Positions 1 to 13,659 of a DNA stretch of 64,000 nt are shown here, one piece after another; position 1 is the stretch's first letter; each line of letters starts with the position of its first letter. Below the pieces are notes generated by a model. That model was given only the letters and a program-made list of their open reading frames with translations, was not told where the DNA came from and did no database searches. Origin of the DNA: Octopus vulgaris (taxonomy: Eukaryota); contig OX597821.1 in assembly GCA_951406725.2 (NCBI GenBank), forward strand, positions 61,008,001 through 61,072,000, in the 5' to 3' direction. The translations under genes were made by a program, and so were the position numbers.

Positions 1-172
1 CTACTGACAGATATATGAGTATATTTTTCCTAATTTATGAACTCTTAGACATACACACACATACACGCACGCACACGCACAAACACACACACAGATATAT
101 ATATGCTTTACTACTGAAGGATCTGATTCAGTTGGATCCTGAGCATATATATGTATATACATGTATAACGTA

Positions 173-477
173 CTAGCAGTATCGCCCGGCGTTGCTCGGG
201 TTTGTAAGGGAAATAACTATATAAGCATTTTTAGAGAGTTATTTCCCTTATATAACCCGAGCAAAAATCATTCAAAAGGCGGAAAAATGATGGTAAATTT
301 GTTTTAAAATCGTAGACTCATCGTAGACGAGCGCTAATACCCAGAAGAGCTCGATATGAATGACGACTATAAGATACCCGCTTTTGGTTTAACTGCATCG
401 CAAAATGTGGGAGTAGTTAGGAATCTAAATCGGAGGAGACAGGGTCTCACACACAACTTCAATTTTATATATAAAGA
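173..477 (-). mobile_element. Non-autonomous Helitron (~305 bp)
   Basis: On the minus strand it starts with TC (477-476) and ends with CTAG (176-173). A subterminal hairpin CCCG-agcaacgc-CGGG lies about 12 nt from the 3' end. Inserted between A and T with no TSD. Confidence 0.8.
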
Positions 478-633
478 TTATGAGAAACGTCATTTGTGAC
501 CCACGAGGAAATGTACTAGTTAATATCAGTAAGCATTTTACCTGTCAACATACCTTATTAATTTAAAAATCTATTTCAAAACAAGGAGTTGCTCTGTTAC
601 TGTTTCTCCCTCTCTATTTGTATATATATCTAT

Positions 634-833
634 TTTATTCTTTTTCTTGTTTCAGTCATTTGAATGTGGCCGTGATGGAGCACCGCCTGCAGTCGAGCAA
701 ATCGACATCATGACTTATTCTTTGCGAGCCTAGTACTTATTCTATCGGGATCTATTGCCGAACCACTAAATTACGGGGATGTAAACACACCAGCATCGAT
801 TGTCAAGCGATGTTGGGGGCAAACACAGACACA

Positions 834-900
<67 letters not shown>
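634..900 (-). mobile_element. tRNA-type SINE family A, 3' half with (CA)n/(TA)n
   Basis: Matches the copies at 7296-7727, 21695-22040 and 63429-63867 (gtttcagtcatttga..ggagcaccgcc..gtcgagcaaatcgac..gccgaacc). Confidence 0.8.
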
Positions 901-910
<10 letters not shown>

Positions 911-911
<1 letters not shown>

Positions 912-1110
912 GCGCACATCAATAGCAAGGTCATCAGAGAGAAGTCCAGCGTGAGGGATGTCATCGTAGAATATACACGCAGCAAGTTTAGATGGCCTCC
1001 ACGACGGTGGAGTTACGATTTCAGAGGGGCGATTGGGACCACGTGGATGAGAAAAGCGCGATCCAGAGGGGAGTAGACAGCGTACTGTGACCAACGGTGT
1101 CCTTCTCTTC
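911..1110 (+). mobile_element. RTE-type LINE 3' fragment, internally deleted
   Basis: Translates HINSKVIREKSSVRDVIVEYTRSKFRW/PPRRWSYD..WMRKARSR, similar to the RTE ORF C-terminal pattern (IRN.EIR..KWRW..RP..RW..W...A.DR). Confidence 0.55.
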
Positions 1111-1349
1111 CAGATTGTGAAAGCTTACCAAAAAATTTGATCAAAATATAGTAAAATCTTAAGACTTCTTTTTTATAGGCGTAGGAGTGACTGTGTGGTA
1201 AGTAGCTTGCTTACGAACCTCATGCTTCCGGGTCTGAAATAGTGAATGCCATTAATAAAAATACTTACTCAGGACATTAGTATTTGAAAAGTTCCCCAAC
1301 GAAAACGCAAACACACAAACTCTCACACACAATAGTTTTGAATCTTTGA

Positions 1350-1555
1350 GTGTCAAAACTATTTTAAAATGTTGCAAGGCGCAACGAAAATTTATGAAAA
1401 TAAAAATAAGAACAAACGTGAAAAATTTACCGGTGAGTGTGTTACATTATAAAGCACAAAAAGAAAATGACTTTCCCCAGACACAACAGAATATGCTTCA
1501 ACACACGAACTCATATAAAGAATCTTGCAAACCTAATCCAAAAACGAAATATACA
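1350..1555 (+). mobile_element. Single-arm copy of the PLE-like repeat found as a fold-back at 11318-11830
   Basis: Direct similarity to 11690-11830 and reverse-complement similarity to 11318-11505. Confidence 0.7.
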
Positions 1556-1572
1556 TACATAAATATCTATAA

Positions 1573-1621
<49 letters not shown>

Positions 1622-1739
1622 CATGCATATATGTATATATACGAATACATATATTTGATTGACCAAATACACAACGAACGTTGTGAAAGTGAACGTGCTT
1701 TACTAGTGAGCTATCTGGTATAAACTCTACGTTTTATAA

Positions 1740-3673
1740 TCTAATATGTAATATATATATATATATTATAAAAGTCAGTGTCTGTGTGTTTGTGTGTTAC
1801 CTATACTTATTGACTCGAAAAATACTGGAGCGATCGTAATGAAATTTGTAACACAAAATCCAACCCTAGGGAGATGGGTAATGCCGTATGCTTCATACAA
1901 TTTTGAAGGGGCATAAAGGGGGTGGGCAGAACCCCACTTGAACATTCATATGCTTCGGAACTTGAAGAAATTTGAAGCATTGGTATTAGAAACAAATTTA
2001 AAAATATACTCAAAATTTCCATTTCTTTGGATGATTCTGATAGGCCCTAATGGTGGCTTAACCTCCAAATTTTAGTCATGTTTCATGGACCAAAAATTAT
2101 TGAATGGATCCTTATATTTCGAACTTAGATTCAATGCATAAGGGCGGGTTTAATGCAGTATGTTTGGTTTGAATTTGATGGGGTTTAAAGTGTCAGACCG
2201 CCCCCATGATAATTGATAAATTTCCGATGCTGATGAAATTTCAACCATAGGTAATCGACACAAATCAAGAAGTATTCCCCAAACTTCCCCTTCTCATGAG
2301 GATTCTAAGAACCCCTAATGGGGGCCTTAACTCCCAAGTTGTAGTCTTTTTTATGATCCAAAACAAGGTCAAAATTACTGAATGGTTCTGAATGAAATTT
2401 TGAAATTATATTCTATGCATATAGGCGGATGTAATGCAGTATATGTTTGACAGTGGGGGGGTCATAAATGAGGCCATTAACCCCTATGAAAACTCATATA
2501 TATTTGCTGTTGATGAAATTTTAACGATAGATATTAGACACAAAAGAAGTAACGTTCCTAAAATTTCAACATCTTTCGAGGTTAGGAAGGCCCCTTAACT
2601 GGGGATTAACCCCCATAATTTAGTCATCTTTCCTAAGGTAAGACGAATACAGTTGTAGTCTTGGAAGCTGTAGAGTCACCCTAGGATACAAGGGGCGTTA
2701 TTTGTAATTTAATGGTACAACAGTGTAAGAGTTTTTCCTTGAGATATACTTAGATTGTGAGTTTTACAATGTGGTGCATAATTGTCAAGTAAAAGACTGG
2801 CATCTTTGTCTCCACTGATTCAGTTGCAAAGTGTTATTTTTAGTAAAGTTATTAGGTTGTAGACCTCCTTTCAGTATTTTTATTATCACCGGGTCAGAGA
2901 TAGTCCCAGATGGTTACATTGATTTCAATGCCTTTCTAGATAAGTGATTTGTCATTCAAGGAGATTTATAAATTGCAATTTTATTCTGTTCAGTTACCTA
3001 TTGGCATAGTGATCATTGGCAAATCCCAGAGGTGACACTTTAATTTCTCCTCAGCCCTCAGGTCACGCAGTTGTTAATGTTTATTTGTGTAGGGTCACGC
3101 CGTTCTAATTGCTATAGATCCCTAATGCAACTTACGGATGTACCGGTCACCTGCATGGTCAGGAATCCTACATTGGGGTAGGGTAGCTGACTGCTTATTG
3201 TGATCATTCGTCTTTTGGTTTCCCCTAGCTTTGCTCTCTTTTACAAACCCAGTGAATATTCATATATTTCTGATTTCAAATAAATGTTATATAAGACAAA
3301 AGTTAAAAAAGATTTCCAGCAATTCACATTCTCTGGTTGACTTTAAGACGCCCTTAACAGGCGCCTTAACTCCCACATTTTAGACCTCCATCTGCTTCAT
3401 GTGCTCCGTTTTCAGGACCATAAACCTTTGAATGGGTTTTATAAGAGTTGGATTTTGGTATCCGAGCATAAAGATGAGTAGTATGGGATAAATATGTCAT
3501 GATTAGAATTTTTGTTAGTGAGTGCAAAGAGGAAAAGAACACCCACTACAGTTCTTAATCTCCAATTTTGATGAAATTCGAATCATAGGTATTCCAGTTC
3601 ATTAGAAAAATATAAAAGGAAAGTCTCATTCTTCAATTCCATACTACATGGGCAACACCGGGTATCTCTGCTA

Positions 3674-3674
<1 letters not shown>
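1740..3674 (+). mobile_element. Non-autonomous Helitron (~1.9 kb) with internal ~275-bp degenerate repeats
   Basis: A|TC at 1739-1741 and CTAG|T at 3671-3675. The 3' end (gggcaacaccgggtatctctgctag) resembles the 173-477 element. A ga(t/a)gaaatt...at(a/t)g(g/a)t motif recurs near 1964, 2233, 2512 and 3570. Confidence 0.75.
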
Positions 3675-3742
<68 letters not shown>

Positions 3743-4462
3743 CATACATACATATATGTGTATCTGTGTGTGTTTTAAGCCTATCATATTTTGAATATGA
3801 GCACTTACCAACAACAACATAATTTTCTGTGCTTCTTCCACCTTATCTTCTGCCCACTTTACAAAGTGATTCTGCCCCTTCGGAGCTCAAAGTATTAGAA
3901 TTATTCTCGGTTTATAATTTGCTTTTTTCTTATTCTCTGTCTCCAATATTTCAATTGCTAATATATTTGTATTTGGAATGACGCTTCAACTTCCTCAATG
4001 GCACTGTTTCGAATCGTTAGGCATGACGTAGTAATTAGAATAAATGTCAAAGTTTTGGTTTTGATGATTATGTCTAAGCTATTTCATTACGGCTATCTCT
4101 CACCACATCCCAGGAGGATTAATATTTAATGTTGCTGCTTTGGTCACTGTAAAAAAAACAAAAAACTCTAATTATGTTCTGGAGATAATCTAGTTATTTT
4201 CACTGCTGTGTTATATTCTGAATTATCATTTAATGTGTGAATTTTTTCCTTTGTATTTTCTTTGTTCCGTTTCTGTCATTAATTCTACGTTAATTTGCAT
4301 TTCTGTTTTTTTCCTTGCGATCACTAGAAGCTGTTAGTTTCATAGACAAATCTCTTTTTTCTATTTTACATTTAATATATGATATTCCAGTTTATTATAA
4401 AATTATGCAGCGCAAAACTATTTTTATTCATCAGCATTATTTTAGGTTTTTGCTCTTGTAAT

Positions 4463-4473
4463 TATTATTATTA

Positions 4474-4571
<98 letters not shown>

Positions 4572-5095
4572 GAGTGAGAGAGCAGTACATGCCATCAAAG
4601 TGACACTGGGGTAAAATATACGAAGCCTAGTATACCCATCATGACTACCCGTCAGATAAGCGTACACTAGGCACATGCATCACAACCATATGTGCGCGAC
4701 ATGGTGATCTCATATCAAGATAAACAGCGCATGACCTTGCAGGTGGGGCTCTGTGAGAATTTTCTTCAGGTCGAGTAACCCATAAGGCTCAAAAGGTCCT
4801 TGAATAAGGTTTGTTTAAGGATGATGAACGAAACACCCATGTTTCCAAGGGTGAATTATCCAAACCCCAAAGAATTCCTCTCCAGACATGGCTATGATGC
4901 TCCCCAGTACTTCTGCTCGTGATCAGAGATGCACATATCGTCAGCCACCAGGGGCCATACTAAACTTGTAAAGGTCAAGCAACTGACAAGCAAATCTGTG
5001 GTATTGAGCAGAATATTTGCTGTAGCCAATCTTTTATATCAATGTACATGATAACACTTCCAATCAGTTAAGATCCACTGCCTGGTACTGCATCA
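4463..5095 (-). mobile_element. (AAT)n-tailed retroposon 3' region
   Basis: Reverse complement of 30381-30650 over about 220 bp; ends in a long (AAT)n tail (4463-4571). Confidence 0.7.
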
Positions 5096-5104
5096 TGGCA
5101 TAAT

Positions 5105-5155
<51 letters not shown>

Positions 5156-5156
<1 letters not shown>

Positions 5157-5484
5157 GCGTAACTGATACTTATTTAATCGACGCCGAAAGGTCGAAAGGC
5201 AAAGTCGACCTCGGCGGAACTTGAACTCAGAACGTAGCGGCAGACGAAATACATATTTCTTTATTATCCACAAGGGGCTAAACACAGAGACGACAAACAA
5301 GGACAGATACACGGATTAAGTCGATTATATCGACCCCAGTGCGTAACTGGTACTTAATTTATCGACCCCGAAAGGATGAAAGGCAAAGTCGACCTCGGCG
5401 GAATTTGAACTCAGAACGTAGCGACAGACGAAATACCGCTAAGCATTTCGCCCGGCGTGCTAACGTTTCTGCCAGCACGCCACC
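5156..5484 (-). mobile_element. SINE family B, tandem/dimeric copy
   Basis: Two units containing cgacc(c)cgaaaggatgaaaggcaaagtcgacctcggcggaa(t)ttgaactcagaacg; head at 5484. Confidence 0.8.
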
Positions 5485-7295
5485 TGGCTTTAATAGTAAT
5501 AATCTTGTTCAACATAAGACGGCGAGTTGGCACAACTGTTAGCACGTTCGACAAGATGCTTTCCACCGAGGTCAACTTTGCCTTTCATCCTTTGGGGGCC
5601 GACAAAATGAGTACCAGTTGCTCACTGCGGTCGATGTAACCGACTCCTCGAAATTGCTGGCTTTGGGCTAAAATTTGAGCTATCATCCTTGGCTCACACT
5701 AAGGCTTTTTCTGATATTTTTATGCTCTTCCACGATTATTCAATTATACTGTTCGCTGTTTTGAATAATCTAGTCTTTGGTAACTACGTCATGGCTGCTT
5801 CCTGTTTGTATGACTCACCACTCGACATGCTATTGGTGATTCGCTGAATTCTATTTATTTTCTTCTTTTCCTTGATAAAATCAGTTTTGGAAAGGAGTCA
5901 GAGTCGTTTGTTTTGTTTAAATAATCGTTTAGGTTTTTATTCTAACAGATACTTGAGATTTAGCAAATTTTCTATTTCAGACGTTCTTTGATTTCGCTAT
6001 GTATTTCTATCGTATTTGTTTGTTTCGTTATTGATTTGAGAGATCATATCGTTTGTTATTTGTATGAATTTCGCTCTGACAGATCTCAACGTTTCGGTTA
6101 AAAATTCTTAATGGTAAAAATAATCTAATGAGAAATTCAAAATTAAATTGTACATTTTTTATATTACAAAAAAAAAATTTGTTTCGATTGAAATCTAATG
6201 TAAAATCAAAATGAAATTGCATTTTTTTATTAAAAATATTCTGTTTTGGTTGAAAGAATCTGCAATATGCATATATGTATATATTTTGTATCCATGTGTC
6301 TATATACATACATGCATATATTTGTATATATATATATTTGTGTATGTGTATGTGCGTATGTGAGTATATCTGTTTGTGAATATGTCTCTGTGCGTCATTT
6401 TGAAGAATGAAATTCAGTGAACATGGGCTCTTCACGAACAGAAACGGCTTGTGGACCTCTTGTAAAGACTGTCTTGAGTGAGTATCCTATTCCTATCAAA
6501 CATAAATTCATAGCTCATATCTGCCAACATCACACACACATACACACACATAAATGCATATATATTTGCATATGGAAATGTTAATTCGTATGCATAACAC
6601 AGTAATTAGAAAAAAAAATGTTAAACATTCGGTTTTGATGATTATGTCAAACCAGTTCAGAATGACGATTTTATGACTATCTGCAACCAAGTCCCAGGCG
6701 GATTGTTCTTTAACAGCGTTATGAGTTTTTTTCACAGTGAAATCTAAAATCTATAATTGTGTTCTGAGATAATCTAGTTCATTTTAACTGCATTATTCTA
6801 TTCTGAATCATATTTAATGGAAGAGAATTTTTATTTGAAATTATTATCTGTCTCACTCATTCTATGCACCCTTATTATATATTTTAATTATCTTTGTATT
6901 AATTTTGCTCGTTTCATACACAAATATTGTTTCCTTTTAATAACTTTAGAATTAATATATAATTTTTTCCTATCAATTATCAAAATATGTAAGTGCACAT
7001 ATATTATTCCCCATCAACATTATATTATTATTTTAGTCGACTTATTTTTATTTCGTGCTTTCATTACACAACCGATGGAAGCTCCCTGTATTAATTGCAT
7101 GCCTAATTTTTGTTTCGTGTTTGAGTTTTTAATTGCCCTGAATGCGCTTTACGAAATCTGTGCTCTTGATAACAGCGTTATGTTCTCTGTGTTGTGTACA
7201 TGTCTAAGTGCTGAGATTTTCTTCGTGCCTTGTGTGTAGCTTATAATTATTTCCAGTGTCCCTAACATTCTATATTTTTATGATTTATAATTCGT

Positions 7296-7727
7296 CTTTT
7301 ACATGTTTCAGTCAGTGGACTGCGGCCATGCTGGGGTACTGCCTTGAAAGGTTTTAGTTGAACATAACAACTCCAGTACTGATATTTCTTGTAAATCTGG
7401 TACTAATTCTAACGGTCACTTTTGCCGAACCGCTAGGTCACAGGACCTTAAATAAATCAATGCCGATTGTCAATTGGTGTGTAGGTAGAGACAGAAACAC
7501 AGACACAAACATGCATACGCTAACACGTACACATGCTTCGCGCATGCGCACGCGCATATATATGCGACGAGCTTCTTTCAGTTTCTGTCTATCAAATCCA
7601 CCGATAAAACTTCGCTTGACCCGGGGTTATAGCAGAAGACATTTACTGAAGGTGGCACGCAGTGGGACTGAACCCAAAACCATGTGGTTGGGGAGCAAAC
7701 ATCTTACTACGCAGCCATGCCTTCGCC
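7296..7727 (-). mobile_element. tRNA-type SINE family A, near full length
   Basis: The minus-strand head ggcgaaggcatggctgcgtagtaag...ggttcagtccc has A/B-box-like motifs. Central microsatellite; tail shared with other copies. Confidence 0.8.
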
Positions 7728-8299
7728 TATTTCTCTTTACATTTCCTTTGGGATTCTGTTGGAATTCAAATTTCTAATAGAAACTCTCTTTCTTGATGGT
7801 CCTTGACCATCTTCCAAAACTTTGTTTTAGTTCCTATAAAGTAACCGATAATGGAATATTTTTTTCTATAAAAAAACATTGAAGCATCGAGTGAGCGACA
7901 TATCTTTAAAATCTTAAGAAAATCTCGAATGCAGGAGAATATATGTGAAAGTAGCTTTAAAAATCGGGTAAAAGGTATCCCTATAGACGGAAAAAGAACC
8001 CCAACTTATAACAGGTTTTCGATTTTGGCATCTCAACTGGGTCCAAAATTTTCTTTTTAAAAAAAAATCAATCCGGCTTTGCTCAGTGTTGTCATTATAC
8101 AGTTAGAGACTTATTTGACCAATGTCTAAATTTGACGCACTAAGGAAAGACATTTGAATAAAGTTTTTGATGGTCTTTTTAGCTTCTTTTTAAAATCTTC
8201 CGCTCAATATATCCGCCACTGACTACAGACAACTGCTTTTTATTATCCTATTCACATTTGTTCGCCATTTGTATTAGTTTATATTTACTCTATACGAGA

Positions 8300-10400
8300 T
8301 ATTTCAGATTCAGATTTTAGATGCAGAAACCTACTATTTTTACATAATTGCGTTAACAATAATCTTTTTTCATGTTCATTTGCATTCGCATTTCTTTTCT
8401 GCCTTTCCTGTATCAGTCGTGTTAATCCAGTTAGGTAACTATTGACATGACTTGATTTTTCCATTTGACATTATCATTGGAATAGTTATAATATTTGATA
8501 CCGCTTACCTTATTTCCGACATTTATCTCTGCTTTAAAAGTCAGTCTAGTATTAACATAATTTGACTCTGAACTTTTCTTTCATGTCTGTGTACACTCCA
8601 TCCATTTCATTAGTTTTTGTGTATCTGCATGGATTTGTATGGTTTCCTTTCTTTTATTTCTTTATCTAATTTTATATGAGCATGTTCTTTTTATGAATCC
8701 TCTTGCTGATTTTGTTAATCTAAATTCTAAGTGACTTACTCATACGGAAACTTTATACTGCATGTAATGTTTTGATTTGCTTAATTTTCTAATTTCTATC
8801 TGCAGACTTGTTTGCAATTTATTCATGACGTGTTTAATGTTATTACTTAATACAGGTGTACATAGCTAAATATTCTATGATTCGTGCGCAGGAAACCTCT
8901 ACGGAAAGCTTTCTGATAGACAATCCATGACATGCTCTGACATTTATTTTTCTTCTACAATCTTCGGTTGTGACTGTTGATCAAAAATCGGCCATCATGC
9001 CCAAATGAGTTTTCGCAACAGTAATATTTCTACTCTTCTGGAAATATATTCTTGTCTCAGGTGATTATTTATTTCCTACAATGTTAATGTATTTTAGTCT
9101 TTAAGTTGTAAAAATTTAGGTTGTATAACTTCAGGTTTTCGGGATTGCTGTTACTTTAGTCTATTCTTCCTTTATCAAAGTCCAGTACTACAAAAGATGG
9201 AAAGACGGTTGTTAACGCCGTCAAAGCATTTATGAAATAGTTATACTGAAGTGAGTAGAGATATAATAAAACAGAAACACAAGAAAATCGAGCAAGTTAG
9301 AGGTAGTAATAGTTCTTCATAAAAAGGTTGATATCCTGAAAGTTCATACTCTAATTCACGGCTAAAAGAGGGAAATATCTGAATAAGCCATCGAATAGAT
9401 AGGTAGAGGATAGTTGTCACTTCAATGAACCAGAGATGTGTTGTCCACGGTCCTGTCATTTTTCAAAATAATTATTCCACTGCCTTATATACCCTTGTTA
9501 GATAGCATTAATGAGTAATTTGAGATGATGTTTAATAACAGTTATCAAATCCTGGCACTTTCCGGTTTAAAGCGTCTGGAATATTTGAATTGTTGTGGTC
9601 TCCCGCAATTATTGAAGATAAGCATTTATTTGGAATAATTTTGTTTTTGATGCTTGGTTCATTGAAATTATTCCTTTCAAGAAATCCTTAAAATTTATCA
9701 ATAAAGAAGATAAACTGTTTTGTATGAAGATTTGATTGGGCGGCCGTCGATCATGTGCTCAACGGTCTCATTGTTCATATAAAGATGGTGATGATAATTT
9801 CGGAATGACATCAATATTTGCCTGCTGTTTTTCTTTCTGATTAAGCATTTTGGATCATATAATTCCTAGTTTGTTATTTTGAAGACGTAATTTATAACTG
9901 GAATAGCTGGCTAGTTTATTTATACCTATTATGTTATTTTTAGTATTGAGTTATCTAAAACAAATTAACGTGGCCTTTCTGTAGTATAGAACCTACCATA
10001 ATTTCTCCTTGGTGTCTCATTGTATTTTATTAGATTCGTTTACTATATATCTTTGAGTAATCTTGGTGTTTTAAACGAGTTTTGAAACCTGTTGTAAGAG
10101 TGTTATTTTCTCTAATATCGTTTATTTAATAGTTTTGAGATGTTTCTGTAAAACAATTTTAGTTCCCTTGCTGCGTCTATTTAGTAGATTGATTTGTTTT
10201 CAACAATTTTTCTATTTCGGTATTCTTCTATTATTCACAACCCAGGTTATTTACGAAAGGATTAGCAAATAAACTATTACATTTGTTAGATAGTTGCTAG
10301 GCCGACTTTCGGAATAGTTATCGTTACCTCGTGGAGAGAGAAAATGTCAAGGATTTGAGTGATTACTTAATAGTTTTATTAGTAAATAAAGAAAAATTGG
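8300..10400 (-). pseudogene. Highly decayed non-LTR retrotransposon (APE + RT, Jockey/I-like)
   Basis: Colinear peptide remnants on the minus strand: IIAGDHN (APE-like), FDGVNNR, VTAIPK, YQKAF, KHVMNKLQTSL, broken by many stops and frameshifts. Related 3' pieces at about 4040-4250 and 6620-6830. Boundaries approximate. Confidence 0.4.
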
Positions 10401-10570
10401 ATTTTCATAACAGGAAACAACCTCTAATTCCGTAACTCCTTTTGCTGTCTCTATACATCTTTCATTATTAGTGTTCTTTATCTATTGGTCAACTGTACAT
10501 CGAGTGGAACTATGATCAAAATTATTTTAACTATGGCTATTCAATAATTTCTTTTTATTTTATCTTGTAT

Positions 10571-10860
10571 ATTATAATACACAGATGTAATATTTATCCC
10601 CACTTAAAAGTGGATGTTCTGTTAGAACAAAATATATTATGTTAGATACCATACAAGAGACCCCCATACTGACTTTTTGGTGCAAACGTACTCTTGATTA
10701 TATCGCTCTAAATTGGCTTTTGGTGCAATATAAACAAGAGTGCGTTTGCACCCAAAAAGTCAGTGTGAGGGTTTCTCTTATGGTAGTTAACATAATATAG
10801 CTTGTTCTAACAGAACATCACATTTAAGTAGGGGGTAAATATTACCTCTCGGTATTAATA
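10571..10860. repeat. ~290-bp fold-back (MITE-like palindrome)
   Basis: gatgttctgttagaacaa pairs with ttgttctaacagaacatc; ctgactttttggtgcaaacg pairs with cgtttgcacccaaaaagtcag; centre near 10712. Confidence 0.75.
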
Positions 10861-11317
10861 TTGCCCCTATCGCTAATATACGTATTACCACAATATCAAA
10901 TGTAGCCTTAAATATAAATTTTTAAGATGATGGTTTTGATTTAAAGGAAATTTGACTGCTATTTATAGCAAATCAAGCTATGAAGTTTCAATTCTACTGC
11001 ATTGTAAGGCCTCTTATATCATCTACACAAATTTTCGAAAGACACAAAAATAAATGGATTTGTTCCACATGTTATGATAATTAATATAAATTGAGTGAGA
11101 CGCAGTCTTAAAATTTACTTGTGAAAGTCATTAATCATTTATAATCACGCTTTTCGTTTCTGCAACATCCCACATAATTTCTATTTAAAAATACAACGCA
11201 ATTTCACTTTAAACTGGAGAACTGCGTATTTTTATTCAACTGGCATTAGGCATACCACAGGATATTTGTAATGGATTAGAAAATGATAAGCTAAGCTGAT
11301 ATATATATATATATATA

Positions 11318-11829
11318 TTTCGTTTTTGGATTTGGTTTGCAAGATTCTTTATATGAGTTAGTGTGTTGAAGCATATTCTGTTGTCTGGGGAGAGTCATTT
11401 TCTTTTTGTGCCTTACACAGTCACCCGTAAAATTTCCACTTTTTTACTTATTTTTATTTTCCTAAAATTTTCGTTGCGCCATGCAACCGTTTCAATAGTT
11501 TTGACTCAGTCCGTTATTTACACTGCGTTCCCTTTTGTTTGTGCGCATGTGTGTGGGTTAGTAACATACACATGCAAACACACCACACACATACATATAT
11601 ACGTGCATGCATGCATGTATAGGCACACACACGCACTAACCCACATACATGCGCACAAACGAACAAAAGGGAACGCAGTGTAAATAACGGACAGATTCAA
11701 AGCTATTGAAAAGGTTGCAAGACGCAACGAAAATTTTAGGAAAATAAAAATAAGAAAAAGTGGAAATTTTACCAGTGAGTGTGTTACATTATAAGGGAAA
11801 AAAGAAAATGACTCTCCCCAGACACAACA

Positions 11830-11830
<1 letters not shown>
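11318..11830. mobile_element. Fold-back PLE-like repeat between (TA)n tracts
   Basis: Arms at about 11378-11562 and 11634-11830 are inverted copies. The left arm carries an extra ~60-bp tail. (TA)n on both sides. Confidence 0.7.
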
Positions 11831-11863
<33 letters not shown>

Positions 11864-12163
11864 GTTGTTGTAGTTCAAGACATGTATTAAATCATAACCA
11901 TGCCTTATGGGCGAATGATATTTTGAAAGAATGAATATATAGGCGCAGGCATGTCTCTGTGGCTAAAAGGTCATTTGGCAACCAGGTGGTTTTAGGTGCA
12001 TCACCTTGAGAATATGTCTTCAACTGTAGCTCCTGCTCGGCCTATGCCTTGTGAGTGAGTTTGGTAGACGAAATTTGTGTGGAAGCTCGTCGTACATACA
12101 TACATACATACATACATACATACATACGCACACACACACACACACACACACACAGAGATATAT

Positions 12164-12426
12164 ATATAAGGAAAATAAGACAAGGCAGATAGTGCTAAAA
12201 TAATTTTATAGTGAAGTACGTTTTATAAAGGTTAGCACCGGTTTCAGTCTTTTCGACTTTTTCAACTAAAAGTAAAGCAATTAAATTTCTTAAGTTTAAT
12301 GTTTTTTTCTTGTTTTACTCTTAGTTGAAAAAGTCGCAAAGTCTGAAACCGGTACTAACCTTTACAAAATATACTTCATTATAAGATTATTTTAGCATTT
12401 TCTGCCTTGTCTTATTTTCCTTATAC
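12164..12426. repeat. Inverted pseudo-LTR pair with hammerhead-like motif
   Basis: 12164-12280 is the reverse complement of 12310-12426; it lies immediately upstream of a Penelope RT fragment. Confidence 0.75.
12321..12358 (+). ncRNA. Minimal hammerhead ribozyme, U3-A8 core variant
   Basis: ttag-TTGAAAA-agtc(gcaaa)gtct-GAAA-ccgg-TA-ctaa. The opposite arm has a perfect stem II (agtc/gact). Confidence 0.6.
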
Positions 12427-12452
12427 ATACCAACTCGTGTGTTACTTTTCAA

Positions 12453-13150
12453 CCTTCTACGAACACTGTAATGGGATATTTAGAACAATAATTCGACCAA
12501 GAAGTAGAGGAAAACTGTAGCACTGAACTTAGAAAGTATATTGAAAAGGAATGGAAGATATACCTTGATGATTACTTCATAGTCTGGACAGAATCTCTAA
12601 AAACTCTAGAAGTGTTCAATAGCCTTCTGAACAAATTACGCCCATTTCTGCAATTTACAAAGGAGATTAGTACCAAATTACCATTCCTAGATATAATGGT
12701 AATTAAAAAGGACACCACCATTACTACAGACATATACTACGAACACACGGATACACATCAATGCCTGAATTTTAAGTCATGCCATCCACCACATATAAAA
12801 CATAACATCCCTTACTGCTTAGCCAAAAGGATTGTAGAAGATGCGAATATCAGAATCAAATGCCAAGCAAACTAAGAGAATTTTTGCTCAAACAAACATA
12901 CCCGTCTCTACTTACAGAAAATGGTATAGAGTGGGCTATAAAAATACCCATATAACAACCAAGGATAACACAAAGAAAACGAAAACAGGAATAAGTCATA
13001 CCATTTATAGTATCCCACTGTCTGTGTTACCAGAATATCTTCACTATTGCAAACCAACCAACCATTGCTCAAAGTAATGAATTAAGAGATATAATCACAG
13101 ATGGAACTACGGTTCTTAGTAAAAGACAACCTAAAAACTTGAAAAAACGC
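12453..13150 (+). mobile_element. Penelope-like element RT C-terminal fragment (decayed)
   Basis: PSTNTVMGYLEQ*...WKIYLDDYFIVW...LQFTKE..KLPFLDIMV...YYEHTDTHQCLNFKSCHPPHIKHNIPY...SKRQPKNLKK, typical of the PLE RT and thumb. Confidence 0.85.
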
Positions 13151-13659
13151 TATCTGCCTCTAACTCCTCTTCGTCTTTCTTACCTTCTCGGCTACCCCAA
13201 GTGATGTTGGTTTGTTTACGTCCCAGCAACCAGGCAGTTCGGCAGAAGACATCGATGGAATAACTACCAGACTTAAAAATAAGCACTGGCATTGGTTTCT
13301 TCGAATAAAACTCTTCAAGGCACTACCCCAGCATGGCCGCAGTCTAATAACTGAAAAAAAAATAGATATTAGCCCTTTGTAGAACTGAATCATGTTTCGA
13401 ATTATGTGAACAGAGGTAGCGCTGACACATTCCCTTGCTTAAAATCATATTCAGAAAAATTGGATCAGGGAGCTTCGAAACCACATTCATGTATGCGCTT
13501 TCAGTCTAAACATAAAAACTTATCAGAACACACAAGCTTCTTCAGAATGTTCCATAATGACTCGGTGTCAATACCCTCAGTCTGATCAGCAGAGTCCTTG
13601 GTGGAGTACCAGAACTGAATAAGAATGAAATCTTACGCTAGCAGGAAAATGTAAAGTAC

